64,000 nucleotides of DNA from Leptogorgia sarmentosa (taxonomy: Eukaryota). A program made the position numbers and the translations under genes. Below the pieces are notes generated by a model, which did not search any database, had not been told where the DNA came from, and was given only the letters and a program-made list of their open reading frames with translations. Position 1 is the stretch's first letter. The number at the start of each line of letters is the position of its first letter. The stretch spans positions 24,924,001 through 24,988,000 of the forward strand of contig OZ210885.1 of assembly GCA_964658305.1 (NCBI GenBank). Reading direction: 5' to 3'. Below, piece after piece: positions 14,334 to 25,441 of the stretch.

Positions 14334-14552
14334 TGTAAGACATGACGTAATAAAGCACGTCATGACGTAACGCTAGAGCACATGGAATGAAATGAGGATT
14401 GTTGTTGTAAATATTGTACTTTCGTTTTAATATTACAATTTTGTTATGAATCCTGTGTGATCCTAGTGAATAGAGCAGATTCGGAACCAGCGAAAGGAAC
14501 CAGAAGTGAATCAACGATAGGAGTCTCTTAGAATTTACCCTAATCCCTTACA
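14334..14552 (+). repeat. Bel/Pao LTR (219 bp), flanked on both sides by ATATC
   Basis: TGTAAG...CTTACA termini; matches the LTR at 21408-21528. Confidence 0.9.
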
Positions 14553-15025
14553 ATATCAGTTGCCATTCAATGTTTATATAACAATAATAAATACTAGTTA
14601 GTATAATTAATATATTAATATTATTATAATATTACAATAACAATAATAATAATATTTTTAATAATATTAATAATAATAAAAATAAGAACAAGAATAGTAA
14701 TAATAAATATCTAATATCTAATATAATTATCTTCAAAGAGCCCGTTTCACAAATGGGGCATCTCAATAAGGGCTTCAGATCTATTATTATTCACAGATAT
14801 ATCACTGTTGTATTTTTGTGGCTAGCCTGTTCGCATTGCCATAATTTGTGCTGGGATAATAACTTTAACCTGCCAACTTACAGGTCAACTGCCTACCACA
14901 AAAAAAAACTATCTTATATTAAGCCTTGACCATCTTATTGCAGTTGACAAAACCACATTGACTATATATTCAAAAATAGTTTAGTTTCCAAGTGTTAACA
15001 CTAATTTGAGTTTTCAGTGCAAACT

Positions 15026-15490
15026 ATGGGTGTAGCGATTGAGGTCTATCGTTCAAGGATTGGCTTGTACCACAATTTCAAGCAAGGTCAACTAGTTGTG
15101 TCTCAACTGAAAGGTAAATTTTGGAATCAAATGTTGATTATGTTTTATTTGAATGTATTCTATTTGCCATGCCTGAAAAGCTTAGTGGCTAAAATTGAGG
15201 TTTGCATGTGGTATACACAGATGGTATGCTATCATGTTTATGTACCATTATTATGAGACTGTCAAATGATGTTGAAGAAAATCCAGGTCCTGTGAACATT
15301 AATGAAATAGTTGATCATACACACACAGTTCATGCTGACTTTCATCAAGGTGATGAATTGAAATTTGGAACTAATGCTGGGAAACAATGTGTTGCCATGT
15401 CATTATGCTCTATTGTTTACAATGAAATCAAATCAGTTAACATTTGGGACCCAACAATTATGAATCAAATTCTATATTATGGAAACGAAA
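15026..15490 (+). pseudogene. Fragment encoding a 2A-like peptide (DVEENPGP) and the N-terminus of a peptidase C76-like (herpes tegument deubiquitinase-like) domain
   Basis: IMRLSNDVEENPGP followed by HADFHQGDELKFGTNAGKQCVAMSL..WDPTIMNQILYYGN, then an abrupt switch into Bel/Pao sequence. Confidence 0.7.
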
Positions 15491-15554
15491 GTTTGAAAGA
15501 GTCAGTCGCCATATTGAAATTCTATCATTTGAATACGTGAGTAAAATTGGAATA

Positions 15555-18500
15555 ATGTCTGAGGACGAAGCCTTGAAACGGAAAAAGAGATGTCGAAACG
15601 GACATCGATCGACCGTGAAACGAGTTATCTCGTCGGTGAACGAAATCCTTTTGAGCACGACTGAGAAATCTCACTTAACGCCACATATAGCGAAGCTTAA
15701 ACAGCAGATGAAGTCACTCGAGGGAAAATCTCTAATGCTTAGCGAATTAGATGAAGCTATTTTGGCAATGGTAAGTGAAGAAGAAATAGAGTCAGAGATA
15801 GAGCAAACTGATATTGTCCAGGAAAGCATTCAGTCGGTTATAATTCAAATACAGATGACATTAGAAGAATATGAAAGGCCCGCTCCACCTGTTGTAAGTG
15901 TGAACGCTGAGCCTAAGCTGACGACCCCCACAAGCTCACCGCTACCAGCGTCCGAAGGTAGTCCCGTAACCCAGAGTAGTAGCAACCCAGACGACATCAA
16001 CACGCAAATCGAACCCTCGAATCCAACCGTCAATACCTCGACCAGCTCAACCACTCCAACAGTGAAGCTACCAAAGTTGAACCTCAAGAAATTTAGAGGT
16101 GACCCCACATCTTGGACAACATTTTGGGATACATTCGAGTCATCCATCCACAAGAATCCCAACTTGTCAAGCATTGATAAGTTTAACTACCTTTCCTCAC
16201 TTCTTGAGGGTGCAGCAGCAGATTCAGTAGCAGGATTAACACTTACAAATGCAAATTACGAAGAAGCCCTCAAAATATTAAAGAAGCGGTTTGGCAACAA
16301 ACAGCTTGTAATCAACAAACACATGGATATTCTCCTAAACCTACAAGCAGTTACATCTATATACAATCTTAAGGGACTTCGTACACTCTATGATACAGTA
16401 GAATCACACATCAGAGCCCTTACATCACTGGGAGTACAACCAGAGTCTTATGGTAATCTTCTATGTTCAATGCTGCTCAATAAATTACCTCAGGAACTAT
16501 GTGTACTAGTAAGTCGAGAAGTACAGGGTGAGGTGTGGAACTTGGAACAGTTGCTACGTTTGGTAGAACGCGAGCTAGAAGCCCGAGAAAGAGCAACTGC
16601 GAATACCAATAGAGATACAAGGCAACCCAGTCAGATCAGAAACGCTACCAAGCAACCGCCTTCAATTGCAGCCCTGCACACAGGAGGAACATCACCAACA
16701 TGTACATACTGCCAGCAATCGCATACATCTAACAGTTGCACGGTCGTATCCAACGTCACAGCACGAATAGACATCTTACGAAAAACGGGACGATGTTTTC
16801 TCTGTTTGAGGAAGAATCACTTAAGTCGAGACTGTAGCTCGAGATCTCGCTGTTATAAATGCAACGGTAACCATCACATCAGCATATGCACAAAGAAGAA
16901 CACTGACAACAAACCAAGACAATCCCTATGTGATCCAATTTCGGAACTCAAGTCGCAACAACAATCACAGAAACAGGAAGGAAAACTGCCGAACGTAGCG
17001 GGAAACAAATTGAGTCAACAGTCAGATAACGAAACAAAGACACTGTTCGTGAATTCCAAGACACCCGTACTCCTTCAAACGGCTCAAGCCACGATCCTCC
17101 CTGTGAAGAACAACGGGAAAGGAGCCGTTGTAAGAGTTATCCTAGACAGTGGAAGTCAGCGATCTTACATCACCCATCGAGTACGAGATTTATTAGGTCT
17201 ATCTACAGTGAATACCGAGTCACTGCTGATCAAGACGTTTGGTTCGGAAGAAGAGAAGCTGACTACATGCGACACGGTTAAGTTCATCCTAGAAAGCCAC
17301 CTTGATCGAGCACGATTGCCCTTATCTGCATTTGTTGTGCCGAATATCTGTGAACCGCTGCAGTATCAGCTGACTTCACAAGCCTGCGAAAGTTACCACC
17401 ATCTAGGCGAGCTAACGCTAGCAGACGCGTCAAATGGAGAACAAGATTCCGATGTCGACATTCTCATTGGATGTGACCAGTATTGGGAGATAGTGACGGG
17501 AGAAATTCGTAGAGGAAGACATGGTCAAACGGCCATCAAAACGAAGCTCGGATGGGTCCTTTCAGGACCAGTCGAGAATTGCTCACGACCAAAGCATGAA
17601 CATGCCGTCAATGTATCCATTACTCATGTTCTACGACTAGGAGCGGCAGGTAGCCCAATGAGCTGCGATTCGACGGACCAAGAACTGCGACGATTTTGGG
17701 ACTTAGAGTCACTGGGAATAGCAAAGGAGGAGAAGTCAGTTACAGAAGAATTCAAGAGCAGTATAAGCTTTAAAGAAGGAAGGTACGAGGTGAAATTACC
17801 CTGGAAGGAGCAACACCCATTATTGCCAGATAACTATGAGTTAAGCCAGAAACGTCTATGGAACCTACGTGAACGGTTGCAACGAGACCCAGATATCTTA
17901 AAGGAATATGATGCCGTGATTAAGGATCAGATGAACAGGGGAATAGTCGAGGTCGTCGGCGAAGAAGACGTCGGAGAGGTTGGAAAGGTCCATTACATCC
18001 CACACCACGCAGTAATTAGACGTGATAAGGAGACGACTAAGTTAAGAGTAGTATACGATGCATCGGCCAAGTCTGCTGGGACCTCCCTCAACGACTGCCT
18101 CTATAAAGGTCCGGCTATGACTCAGAACATAATGGACATAATTCTTCGATTCCGGAGTCACAAGGTTGCACTATCGGGTGACATAGAAAAGGCGTTCTTG
18201 ATGGTCGCAGTGTCAGAAGATGACCGAAATGTCCTACGGTTCTTGTGGTTTGACAATGTATTCGATGACAAACCAAAGGTTATAATTCTCAGGTTTGCAC
18301 GAGTGATGTTCGGAGTGTCATCAAGCCCGTTTTTGCTGAACGCCACCGTCAATCATCATATCGAACAGTATCGCACCGAAGACCCAGACTTCGTAGAGGC
18401 TTTCAATCGTGCCATTTATGTGGATGATCTAAACACGGGTGGAAACGACGACACGTCCGTTTACAATCTGTACAGGAAGGCGAGACTAAGACTAGCTGAG

Positions 18501-21287
18501 GGTGGATTCAATCTGCGAAAGTTTGTGACCAATTCGCCTGAACTGAGGAAAACTATTGAGCACGAGCAAAATGGCCTTCACCACGGTAAGCCAGAGTCGG
18601 TACGTCAAGGAGATGAGCAAGCGATCGAAGTCATTGATGAAGAGGACGAAACATATTCAAAGACCATGCTCGGAACATTTAACGAATCCTCTAACGAGGA
18701 ACACAAGGTTCTTGGTGTCACCTGGAACTTCATCGAAGATAAGCTCATATTTGATCTTGGGCAACTGGCCGAACTAGCCACTAAATCCGAACCGACGAAG
18801 AGAAACGTTGTGCGTCTTTCGGCGAAGTTTTATGATCCGGTTGGGTTTATGTCGCCCATAACGGTGCAGTTCAAGATGTTATTTCAGAGGCTGTGTGAAC
18901 GGAAGGCCGCCTGGGACGAGGCGATCCCACACGACCTGAAGATAAAATGGAAAAAATTGATCACGGAACTTCAACAAATGAAGAAAATTCTACTCGACCG
19001 ATGTTACTTCAGGGATGTCAGGGAACCCGTCCTGTCATGCAACATCCATGGGTTCTGTGACGCTTCAAAGTCGGCATATGCGGCGGTAACCTACTTGGTG
19101 ATTAAGACCAGCATTCGCATTCATGTTCAATTTCTGGCCGCCAAAACGAGAGTCGCTCCCCTAGAGGCCTTAACGATTCCTCGGATGGAGCTTTTATCGT
19201 GCTTGATTCTGTCGAGGCTATTGACCAACGTTCAGAACGCTTTGCAGCAGGAAATCAAGTTAGACGAGCCCGTCTGTTGGACTGATTCGAAGGTAGCCCT
19301 CTTCTGGATCACCACCAATGGCAAGGATTGGAAACAATTTGTTCAGAATCGGGTCAATGAGATACGAAGCCTCACAACCGCCACTACCTGGAGACATTGT
19401 CCAGGCCGAGATAATCCCGCCGATATTCCCTCCAGAGGTATTAAACCTACCGAGCTAGAAGGCAACGAATTGTGGAGACACGGCCCCGAATGGTTAACTG
19501 ATGCAAAGGGATACCCCGCACAACCGAAGGAGGACCCTATACCGCCGGAAGAATGCCTTCTTGAAAGCCGAAGTACCAGACCAAGAGCCTTAACCCTGGC
19601 AGTGCACGTAACACCCCAAGGTGTAGGCGAGATTACGAACATCGAAGACTTTGGAGCCCTCACTAGACTTTTACGTGTCACAGCCTATGTCCGGCGCTTC
19701 GGTCAGAAGCTAAAGGCGAAAATCAAGGAAGCTGACGAAATCACGAAATCTGACAAAGCGCCAGAACCCGATTTAACAGCAGGAGAAATCCAAGAAAGCA
19801 GAGACCTATGGATAAAGGAAATGCAACGGCGTTTACCCGATAAGAAAGCGTTCTGCCAATGGAAGTTTCAATTTGGTCTTTACCCTGATGAGAAAGGCAT
19901 CTGGAGATGTGGAGGCAGACTGGAGAAGGCGAATCTACCTCTTTCGACAAAGCATCCCATTCTTGTGGACAAAGAGCATCATCTAGCAACCTTGATAGTC
20001 CGCGATAGCCACCAAAGAGTGATGCATAACGGAGTCAAAGAGACTTTGACGCAGATAAGAGCAGAATACTGGATTGTCCGCGGGAGGCAATTCGTGCGAG
20101 CGCTAATCGGGAGATGTTCTATCTGTCGACGATATGAAGGCAAACCTTATCAACCTCCAACAGCACCTCCTTTACCGGAATTTCGAATAAAGGAAGCACC
20201 ACCCTTCACTGCCACAGGAGTAGACTTCCTTGGTCCCATTTTTGTGAGAATGAACGATAAGAGCCAAAAGGTTTGGATTTGTCTGTACACGTGTTGTGTC
20301 GTCAGAGCTGTTCATTTGGACGTGGTGCCAAACCTATCTACCGAGGGCTTTATGAGAAGTTTCCGGAGATTTACGGCAAGAAGAGGAATCCCAGCTACGG
20401 TCGTGTCAGATAATGGTGGAACGTTTAAATCTGGAGCACGTGAAATTAAGGCAATCATGAGCCATCCCAACGTAAAGCATTTCTTTAGTAACATGAAGAT
20501 TTCGTGGTCGTTTAACTTAGCAAAGGCTCCTTGGTGGGGCGGCTTTTTCGAGAGACTTGTCAAGTCTACCAAGAGATGTTTAAAGAAGACGATCGGAGTA
20601 GCCCACCTTACCTATGAAGAACTGTTGACGGTTGTAGCGGAGGTAGAAATGATCCTAAATTCCCGACCACTATCATACGTATCCAGTGAAGACTTAGAAG
20701 AACCACTCACTCCTTCCCACCTACTAACAGGTCGACGACTGCTAAGCTTACCCGAGGGGAACATGAGTAGCGATACATTAGATCCCGAATTTTCATTGAA
20801 CGAAGCCGAATTGACCCGACGAATGAAGCATCTGCGCACAGTGATGAATCAGTTCTGGACTCGTTGGCAAGACGAGTACTTACTGGAACTGCGTAATTCT
20901 CATCGTAGAAAAGGGGCTAGTGGAGGAAGCTTTATCGACACGGGCGACGTGGTGGTAGTGCATGACGAGTGTCAACCGAGGGGACTTTGGAGATTAGGAA
21001 GAGTCGAGCAGTTGGTAATCGGAACAGATGGAAACGCGAGAGGAGCAGTCGTTAGAGTCGCCAAAGGGGGAAGACGTTCAACGATCATAAGGAGACCCGT
21101 ACAACTGTTGTATCCATTAGAAATCAAGTCTGCATTGAAAGACAACGAAGATGCGAATGACGAAAGAGAAGTCACTGAGCCTACGGACCGAAGCTGCGAA
21201 GCACCAACCGAACGACCGAAACGTGCAGCGGCCAAACGTGGAGAAGAGCAACGAAGAAGATGGATTGAGGAGCTTCAAGTTAGCTAA
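15555..21287 (+). CDS. Bel/Pao LTR retrotransposon Gag-Pol polyprotein (~1910 aa, intact)
   Basis: KLPKLNLKKFRGD gag, three Cys/His knuckles, protease LDSGSQRSY, RT YVDD, RNase H FCDAS, integrase HHCC plus DFLG/SDNG/E, in Pao domain order. Confidence 0.95.
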   Translation: MSEDEALKRKKRCRNGHRSTVKRVISSVNEILLSTTEKSHLTPHIAKLKQQMKSLEGKSLMLSELDEAILAMVSEEEIESEIEQTDIVQESIQSVIIQIQMTLEEYERPAPPVVSVNAEPKLTTPTSSPLPASEGSPVTQSSSNPDDINTQIEPSNPTVNTSTSSTTPTVKLPKLNLKKFRGDPTSWTTFWDTFESSIHKNPNLSSIDKFNYLSSLLEGAAADSVAGLTLTNANYEEALKILKKRFGNKQLVINKHMDILLNLQAVTSIYNLKGLRTLYDTVESHIRALTSLGVQPESYGNLLCSMLLNKLPQELCVLVSREVQGEVWNLEQLLRLVERELEARERATANTNRDTRQPSQIRNATKQPPSIAALHTGGTSPTCTYCQQSHTSNSCTVVSNVTARIDILRKTGRCFLCLRKNHLSRDCSSRSRCYKCNGNHHISICTKKNTDNKPRQSLCDPISELKSQQQSQKQEGKLPNVAGNKLSQQSDNETKTLFVNSKTPVLLQTAQATILPVKNNGKGAVVRVILDSGSQRSYITHRVRDLLGLSTVNTESLLIKTFGSEEEKLTTCDTVKFILESHLDRARLPLSAFVVPNICEPLQYQLTSQACESYHHLGELTLADASNGEQDSDVDILIGCDQYWEIVTGEIRRGRHGQTAIKTKLGWVLSGPVENCSRPKHEHAVNVSITHVLRLGAAGSPMSCDSTDQELRRFWDLESLGIAKEEKSVTEEFKSSISFKEGRYEVKLPWKEQHPLLPDNYELSQKRLWNLRERLQRDPDILKEYDAVIKDQMNRGIVEVVGEEDVGEVGKVHYIPHHAVIRRDKETTKLRVVYDASAKSAGTSLNDCLYKGPAMTQNIMDIILRFRSHKVALSGDIEKAFLMVAVSEDDRNVLRFLWFDNVFDDKPKVIILRFARVMFGVSSSPFLLNATVNHHIEQYRTEDPDFVEAFNRAIYVDDLNTGGNDDTSVYNLYRKARLRLAEGGFNLRKFVTNSPELRKTIEHEQNGLHHGKPESVRQGDEQAIEVIDEEDETYSKTMLGTFNESSNEEHKVLGVTWNFIEDKLIFDLGQLAELATKSEPTKRNVVRLSAKFYDPVGFMSPITVQFKMLFQRLCERKAAWDEAIPHDLKIKWKKLITELQQMKKILLDRCYFRDVREPVLSCNIHGFCDASKSAYAAVTYLVIKTSIRIHVQFLAAKTRVAPLEALTIPRMELLSCLILSRLLTNVQNALQQEIKLDEPVCWTDSKVALFWITTNGKDWKQFVQNRVNEIRSLTTATTWRHCPGRDNPADIPSRGIKPTELEGNELWRHGPEWLTDAKGYPAQPKEDPIPPEECLLESRSTRPRALTLAVHVTPQGVGEITNIEDFGALTRLLRVTAYVRRFGQKLKAKIKEADEITKSDKAPEPDLTAGEIQESRDLWIKEMQRRLPDKKAFCQWKFQFGLYPDEKGIWRCGGRLEKANLPLSTKHPILVDKEHHLATLIVRDSHQRVMHNGVKETLTQIRAEYWIVRGRQFVRALIGRCSICRRYEGKPYQPPTAPPLPEFRIKEAPPFTATGVDFLGPIFVRMNDKSQKVWICLYTCCVVRAVHLDVVPNLSTEGFMRSFRRFTARRGIPATVVSDNGGTFKSGAREIKAIMSHPNVKHFFSNMKISWSFNLAKAPWWGGFFERLVKSTKRCLKKTIGVAHLTYEELLTVVAEVEMILNSRPLSYVSSEDLEEPLTPSHLLTGRRLLSLPEGNMSSDTLDPEFSLNEAELTRRMKHLRTVMNQFWTRWQDEYLLELRNSHRRKGASGGSFIDTGDVVVVHDECQPRGLWRLGRVEQLVIGTDGNARGAVVRVAKGGRRSTIIRRPVQLLYPLEIKSALKDNEDANDEREVTEPTDRSCEAPTERPKRAAAKRGEEQRRRWIEELQVS

Positions 21288-21407
21288 GTAAACTTTGACA
21301 ATTTAGAGACGTATTACAACGAGGACATTAAGTTTATGTAAAGTTTGGTAAAGGTTTGAGTTTTATTGGTTAACCAGTTCATTGCGTGTACTGGTCAACG
21401 TGGGGAG

Positions 21408-21528
21408 TGTAAGACATGACGTAATAAAGCACGTCATGACGTAACGCTAGAGCACATGGAATGAAATGAGGATTGTTGTTGTAAATATTGTACGTAGAGT
21501 CTCTTAGAATTTACCCTAATCCCTTACA
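21408..21528 (+). repeat. Bel/Pao 3' LTR with ~100-bp internal deletion
   Basis: Preceded by purine tract GGGGAG; TGTAAG...CTTACA; followed by ATATC. Confidence 0.9.
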
Positions 21529-23354
21529 ATATCAGTTGCCATTCAATGTTTATATAACAATAATAAATACTAGTTAGTATAATTAATATATTAATATTAT
21601 TATAATATTACAATAACAATAATAATAATATTTTTAATAATATTAATAATAATAAAAATAAGAACAAGAATAGTAATAATAAATATCTAATATCTAATAT
21701 AATTATCTTCAAAGAGCCCGTTTCACAAATGGGGCATCTCAATAAGGGCTTCAGATCTATTATTATTCACAGATATATCACTGTTGTATTTTTGTCCTTT
21801 ATTTTTATAGCGCTGGAGAAACTCCTGACGGGACGAATCTGCCGACGGGACGAATCAACAAAAGTGAGACATTTTCGACGTAGACATGAGGGAAAGAAGT
21901 CAGTAATCGTGGCATTCAACGACAAGGATGAGAGTATTTCAAAAGCGCGAGAATATACAATCAACTGGGATAATGATAAAAAAGCAAACGTGAAGGGGGA
22001 AAAAAACATAACACAAAAAGTAAAAATTCCGACAGCAACACCATCACCAAAAACTGTCATTCCTTATATTTTCAATGTTGTAAAGCCAACAGCTCTTCAA
22101 CCAGCTCCTGAAAGTGACCAATCACCTCTCTCAAATTATGACAAAGAAACCGGTCAAGATAGGTCATTACATCGTAAGATTGATGCGCTGACATCAGAAA
22201 TTCAGGACTTGAAGCTTCATTTAAAGACTGGTAAACAAGTCCCAACCACCAGCAGTACTCCGTTGGCAGCTGTTGATGGGAAATGCGTCCAGAAAATTTC
22301 CCAAATATTTTTAAAGTGGCCTGAAATCAAGAATATTATTGACCTTGTCAATATGTGTGACCACATTCGGTTTTTCGCTGGAGATGAAATTGATGGTGTG
22401 TTTTCAGTTGTGCGATGCGAGACATGTTATAAATTTTTACTTAGCAAAAGAGCTGGTGCCACTCGAATGTCAAAACCAGATGCAATCGCAAAGAAGGGAC
22501 TTGGAGGGTATGTTAATCGTGATATATTTAGTAACCTGTTTTAATTCGTACCATTTAGAGAACAAATTAATATAATTTTATGTGATTTCGTTTTGCTGTA
22601 AATTTTCTAAGACCATTATTCCGGCCTGTAGGTACTGTGGATCACTGGCAACGGGACTCGTATTTGACCCAGAAAAAACGACACGGCTTTTAGAAGGAAG
22701 TTGCCAAGAATTTTTCAATTTAAAGAGCACAATAAAAAGTCATATCACTCTTGCAGGAGGCCATTTGCATTTCGAAGCGCTACAGGTAAACGTTCCTTTT
22801 TAGATAAAAAATTCGAACAGCTACCTGTATTTCAAGTATATTTATGCAATAGACGTGTTGTCATTGAATTTGTTCATACATTTTAATTACCGGTACTTAT
22901 TAAAGTATATTCATCGAGTGTCTTCTTTTTTAACTGTTTTATAGTATGAACAAGAAAGACTCGGGACCAAACAGTGACGGAGAACTTGGTTGGTATTGCT
23001 CTTACGGTCGTAAAAGTAAAGGCGGCCGCACTTCATTATGAAACGCTTATCTTGGCTCATGCGTATACTGGTTCTGATGTCGGAGAACTTGGACATGGAC
23101 GTAAACAGTTCGTCGGTATATTGCGATGTGCAAATTTATGGATCAATAGAGAAACTGAAAAATTTCTGGCCACTCCACTTCTTGCAACGCAGTTGCCACC
23201 TCATTTTTACGTTACTAGCGACAAGTCGACACCACATCGGATAACAAACCATGCTGTAATGCTGTGCTTGATGGTCGAAGGTAAGCGTTGCGCTATTCCT
23301 GTAAATGCAGCCGAAGTGTATTCTGATTCAAATTCTGCCACCCAGGGGGATGTG

Positions 23355-23429
23355 CAACCTCGTACCCAGGGTCTTATGATCTCCGCTCGCAGCGGGAGCG
23401 GAGATCATAAGACCCTGGGTACGAGGTTG
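23355..23429. mobile_element. 75-bp palindromic MITE with 9-bp TSD
   Basis: CAACCTCGTACCCAGGGTCTTATGATCTCCGCTC...GAGCGGAGATCATAAGACCCTGGGTACGAGGTTG; GGGGATGTG on both sides. Confidence 0.95.
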
Positions 23430-25441
23430 GGGGATGTGTCGGGAGCCGAGGCAAAAGAACTAGCCGAAGGCATTTATGGCGAAATTCAAAGTGCTTACCC
23501 ATCCCTTTCAAAAGACCTGATAAATGGTTCGTATCAAGGTACGGTTTGTGACGGTGCGTATCAAGCCGCGGAATTCGAGTCTACATTAAAAGACCTGTGT
23601 AACCAAAAAATGGCTGATGCGTTTTTTACAGTCTTGTGGGATCCTCCGCATTATGTCGATATTGCTCTCAAAGACGTATTTGAAGGTAAAAGTGGTTCCT
23701 CGAAAGAGTTTTTTGATCGGGTGGTTAAACGATCGAGTATTATTCACCGAATTTTCCAGAGAGGAAAAATGCTGAGTCATGCCATAGCGATGGCCAAAAG
23801 TGATGATGATTTGCTGTTGAGATTGACAAGCCGATCATGTAGTACAAGGTTTTCTGCCTCGCAGTATGTCGAATTTCGGAAACTGATCAACAGTCTTCCC
23901 CTGTATATCAAAACGTTCCGGGAATTTCAATATACGGAGGTTAGTTTCAATAATCTTTTTCTTTATTATTTATACCTCTTTCATAGTGGAGACGGACTTA
24001 AATATTCTCTTTAATATTTAATTCATCTTGATATGCCTTCCTAGCCTCATTTAGTTGTTCAATTTGAGCTACTGAAACGAGGCATATAAAAGATTTATTA
24101 AGATGCACGTAAAAGAATATAAAATAATTTAATATAAAGTCATCTATTATGAAAATGGTCTGTGAAGCTCGTTTTCGCAGCGATATGGTTGAAGTGCAAA
24201 ATGGCCTTAACCTAGGCTGTTGGATTAGCTACATATTTTGTAAAGTGGTCACGACTTGTGCTACTACAATAAGAATATTGTCATTTGAATATAAATCTCA
24301 TTTCAGGTTAAAGAGTTTCAAATTGCTGGTATAGACTTCCTTCTCGATCTCTGCAGCATCTGCGACATTTTGAAGCCATATATTGAACTATCAGTGGCTC
24401 TACAGGGCTTAAGTGTCCCGTGTTGGAAGATTGGTCTTTGGTGGGATCGACTGAGGGAGCACATGGAGGGGATACAAGATGAATTTTCTTTTCAAAACGC
24501 GTCATCACATCTGCCAATGCTAAAGAAGTATGCCACAGAAATCACTGCCGGTTCTTTTAAAAATACAGAACTGGTACAAGGATGGTTGATTGTTTCTTCT
24601 GAAACAAAAGAAGTGGACGGCAAAATGGTAACTATGGATAATTGGGAAATGCGCGTTCCAAGTGATGTTGAAAAGGATGTCAAAGTCTTCATGAGCGATC
24701 TTCTATCGTCTTTTGAGTTGCGAGTAGCCAGTTCATCCAAGCCTCTTGTAGACATACTTACATGTCTAGATTTAGACAACATCGTGAAACTTCTTTGTGG
24801 CAAAAGACTCAAGACTGGGAAAATAAAACTGGAGCTTGGCGAGGGAGAACTAGAAAAGTACGGGGTAGAGAATTTCACTAACTTTTTTACATATGTTTGC
24901 AGTCAACCTCACATACAGTGCCTCAAAGATGCTGAAGGCAATGAAGAATCGTTGTTCGATCCAGCCCTTGCAAACACTGTCTTTCACAAGTTTAAACAGG
25001 GACTTAGGCGGTTTCTGTGGAAAAGCGATGGTGAGCATTTGGCAGTGGCGGCGGAACAGGGGGGGCTAGGGGGGCTTTAGCCCCCCCAGAAGTAAATGTG
25101 GGGGGGCTTAGCCCCCCCCAAAAATACATAATGAATGCCAGAATGCGAGACCATTTATACAAACTACAAAGTCGTCAAATTACAGCTCGCCTACTAAAAT
25201 GCAAAAAAAAATATCATACTTTGTGATCAAGTGAATGTAAAGTGATTTTCTTTCACCCTGAGTCTAGATTTTTGATCTTATATAGTTATATAGTCTAATA
25301 ACATTGTTATTATTTTCAACACATTTGTTATTATTTCCTATCCTCTTTTACCCAAACCTACCCCTAAACATTACTTTAGATCCTCATAAATCAAGCATGC
25401 GAAAATAAAAATAGTATAAGATATGCATTGGTCAATGGAGC

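Larger units (their letters stand above)
13115..25030 (+). pseudogene. Decayed multi-exon hAT-like transposase gene (PHD-like Cys/His finger, PWW + BED-like finger, DDE core); frameshifted, interrupted and 3'-truncated
   Basis: Exons ~13115-13130, ~13806-13970, 14048-14101, 14214-14319, 21811-22507, 22631-22785, 22945-23939, 24307-25030. Motifs SDKST, CDGAY, WDPPH, STRFS are shared with the TSD-bounded hAT at 40727-45413. Frameshifts near 21830 and 22970. Confidence 0.7.

Noticed and set aside
15444..15554. N-terminal 37 aa of the 1947-aa ORF, or an in-frame 2A-C76-Gag fusion
   Set aside because: TTG start lies inside the foreign fragment; first ATG is 15555; the 2A/C76 frame differs and stops at 15540.
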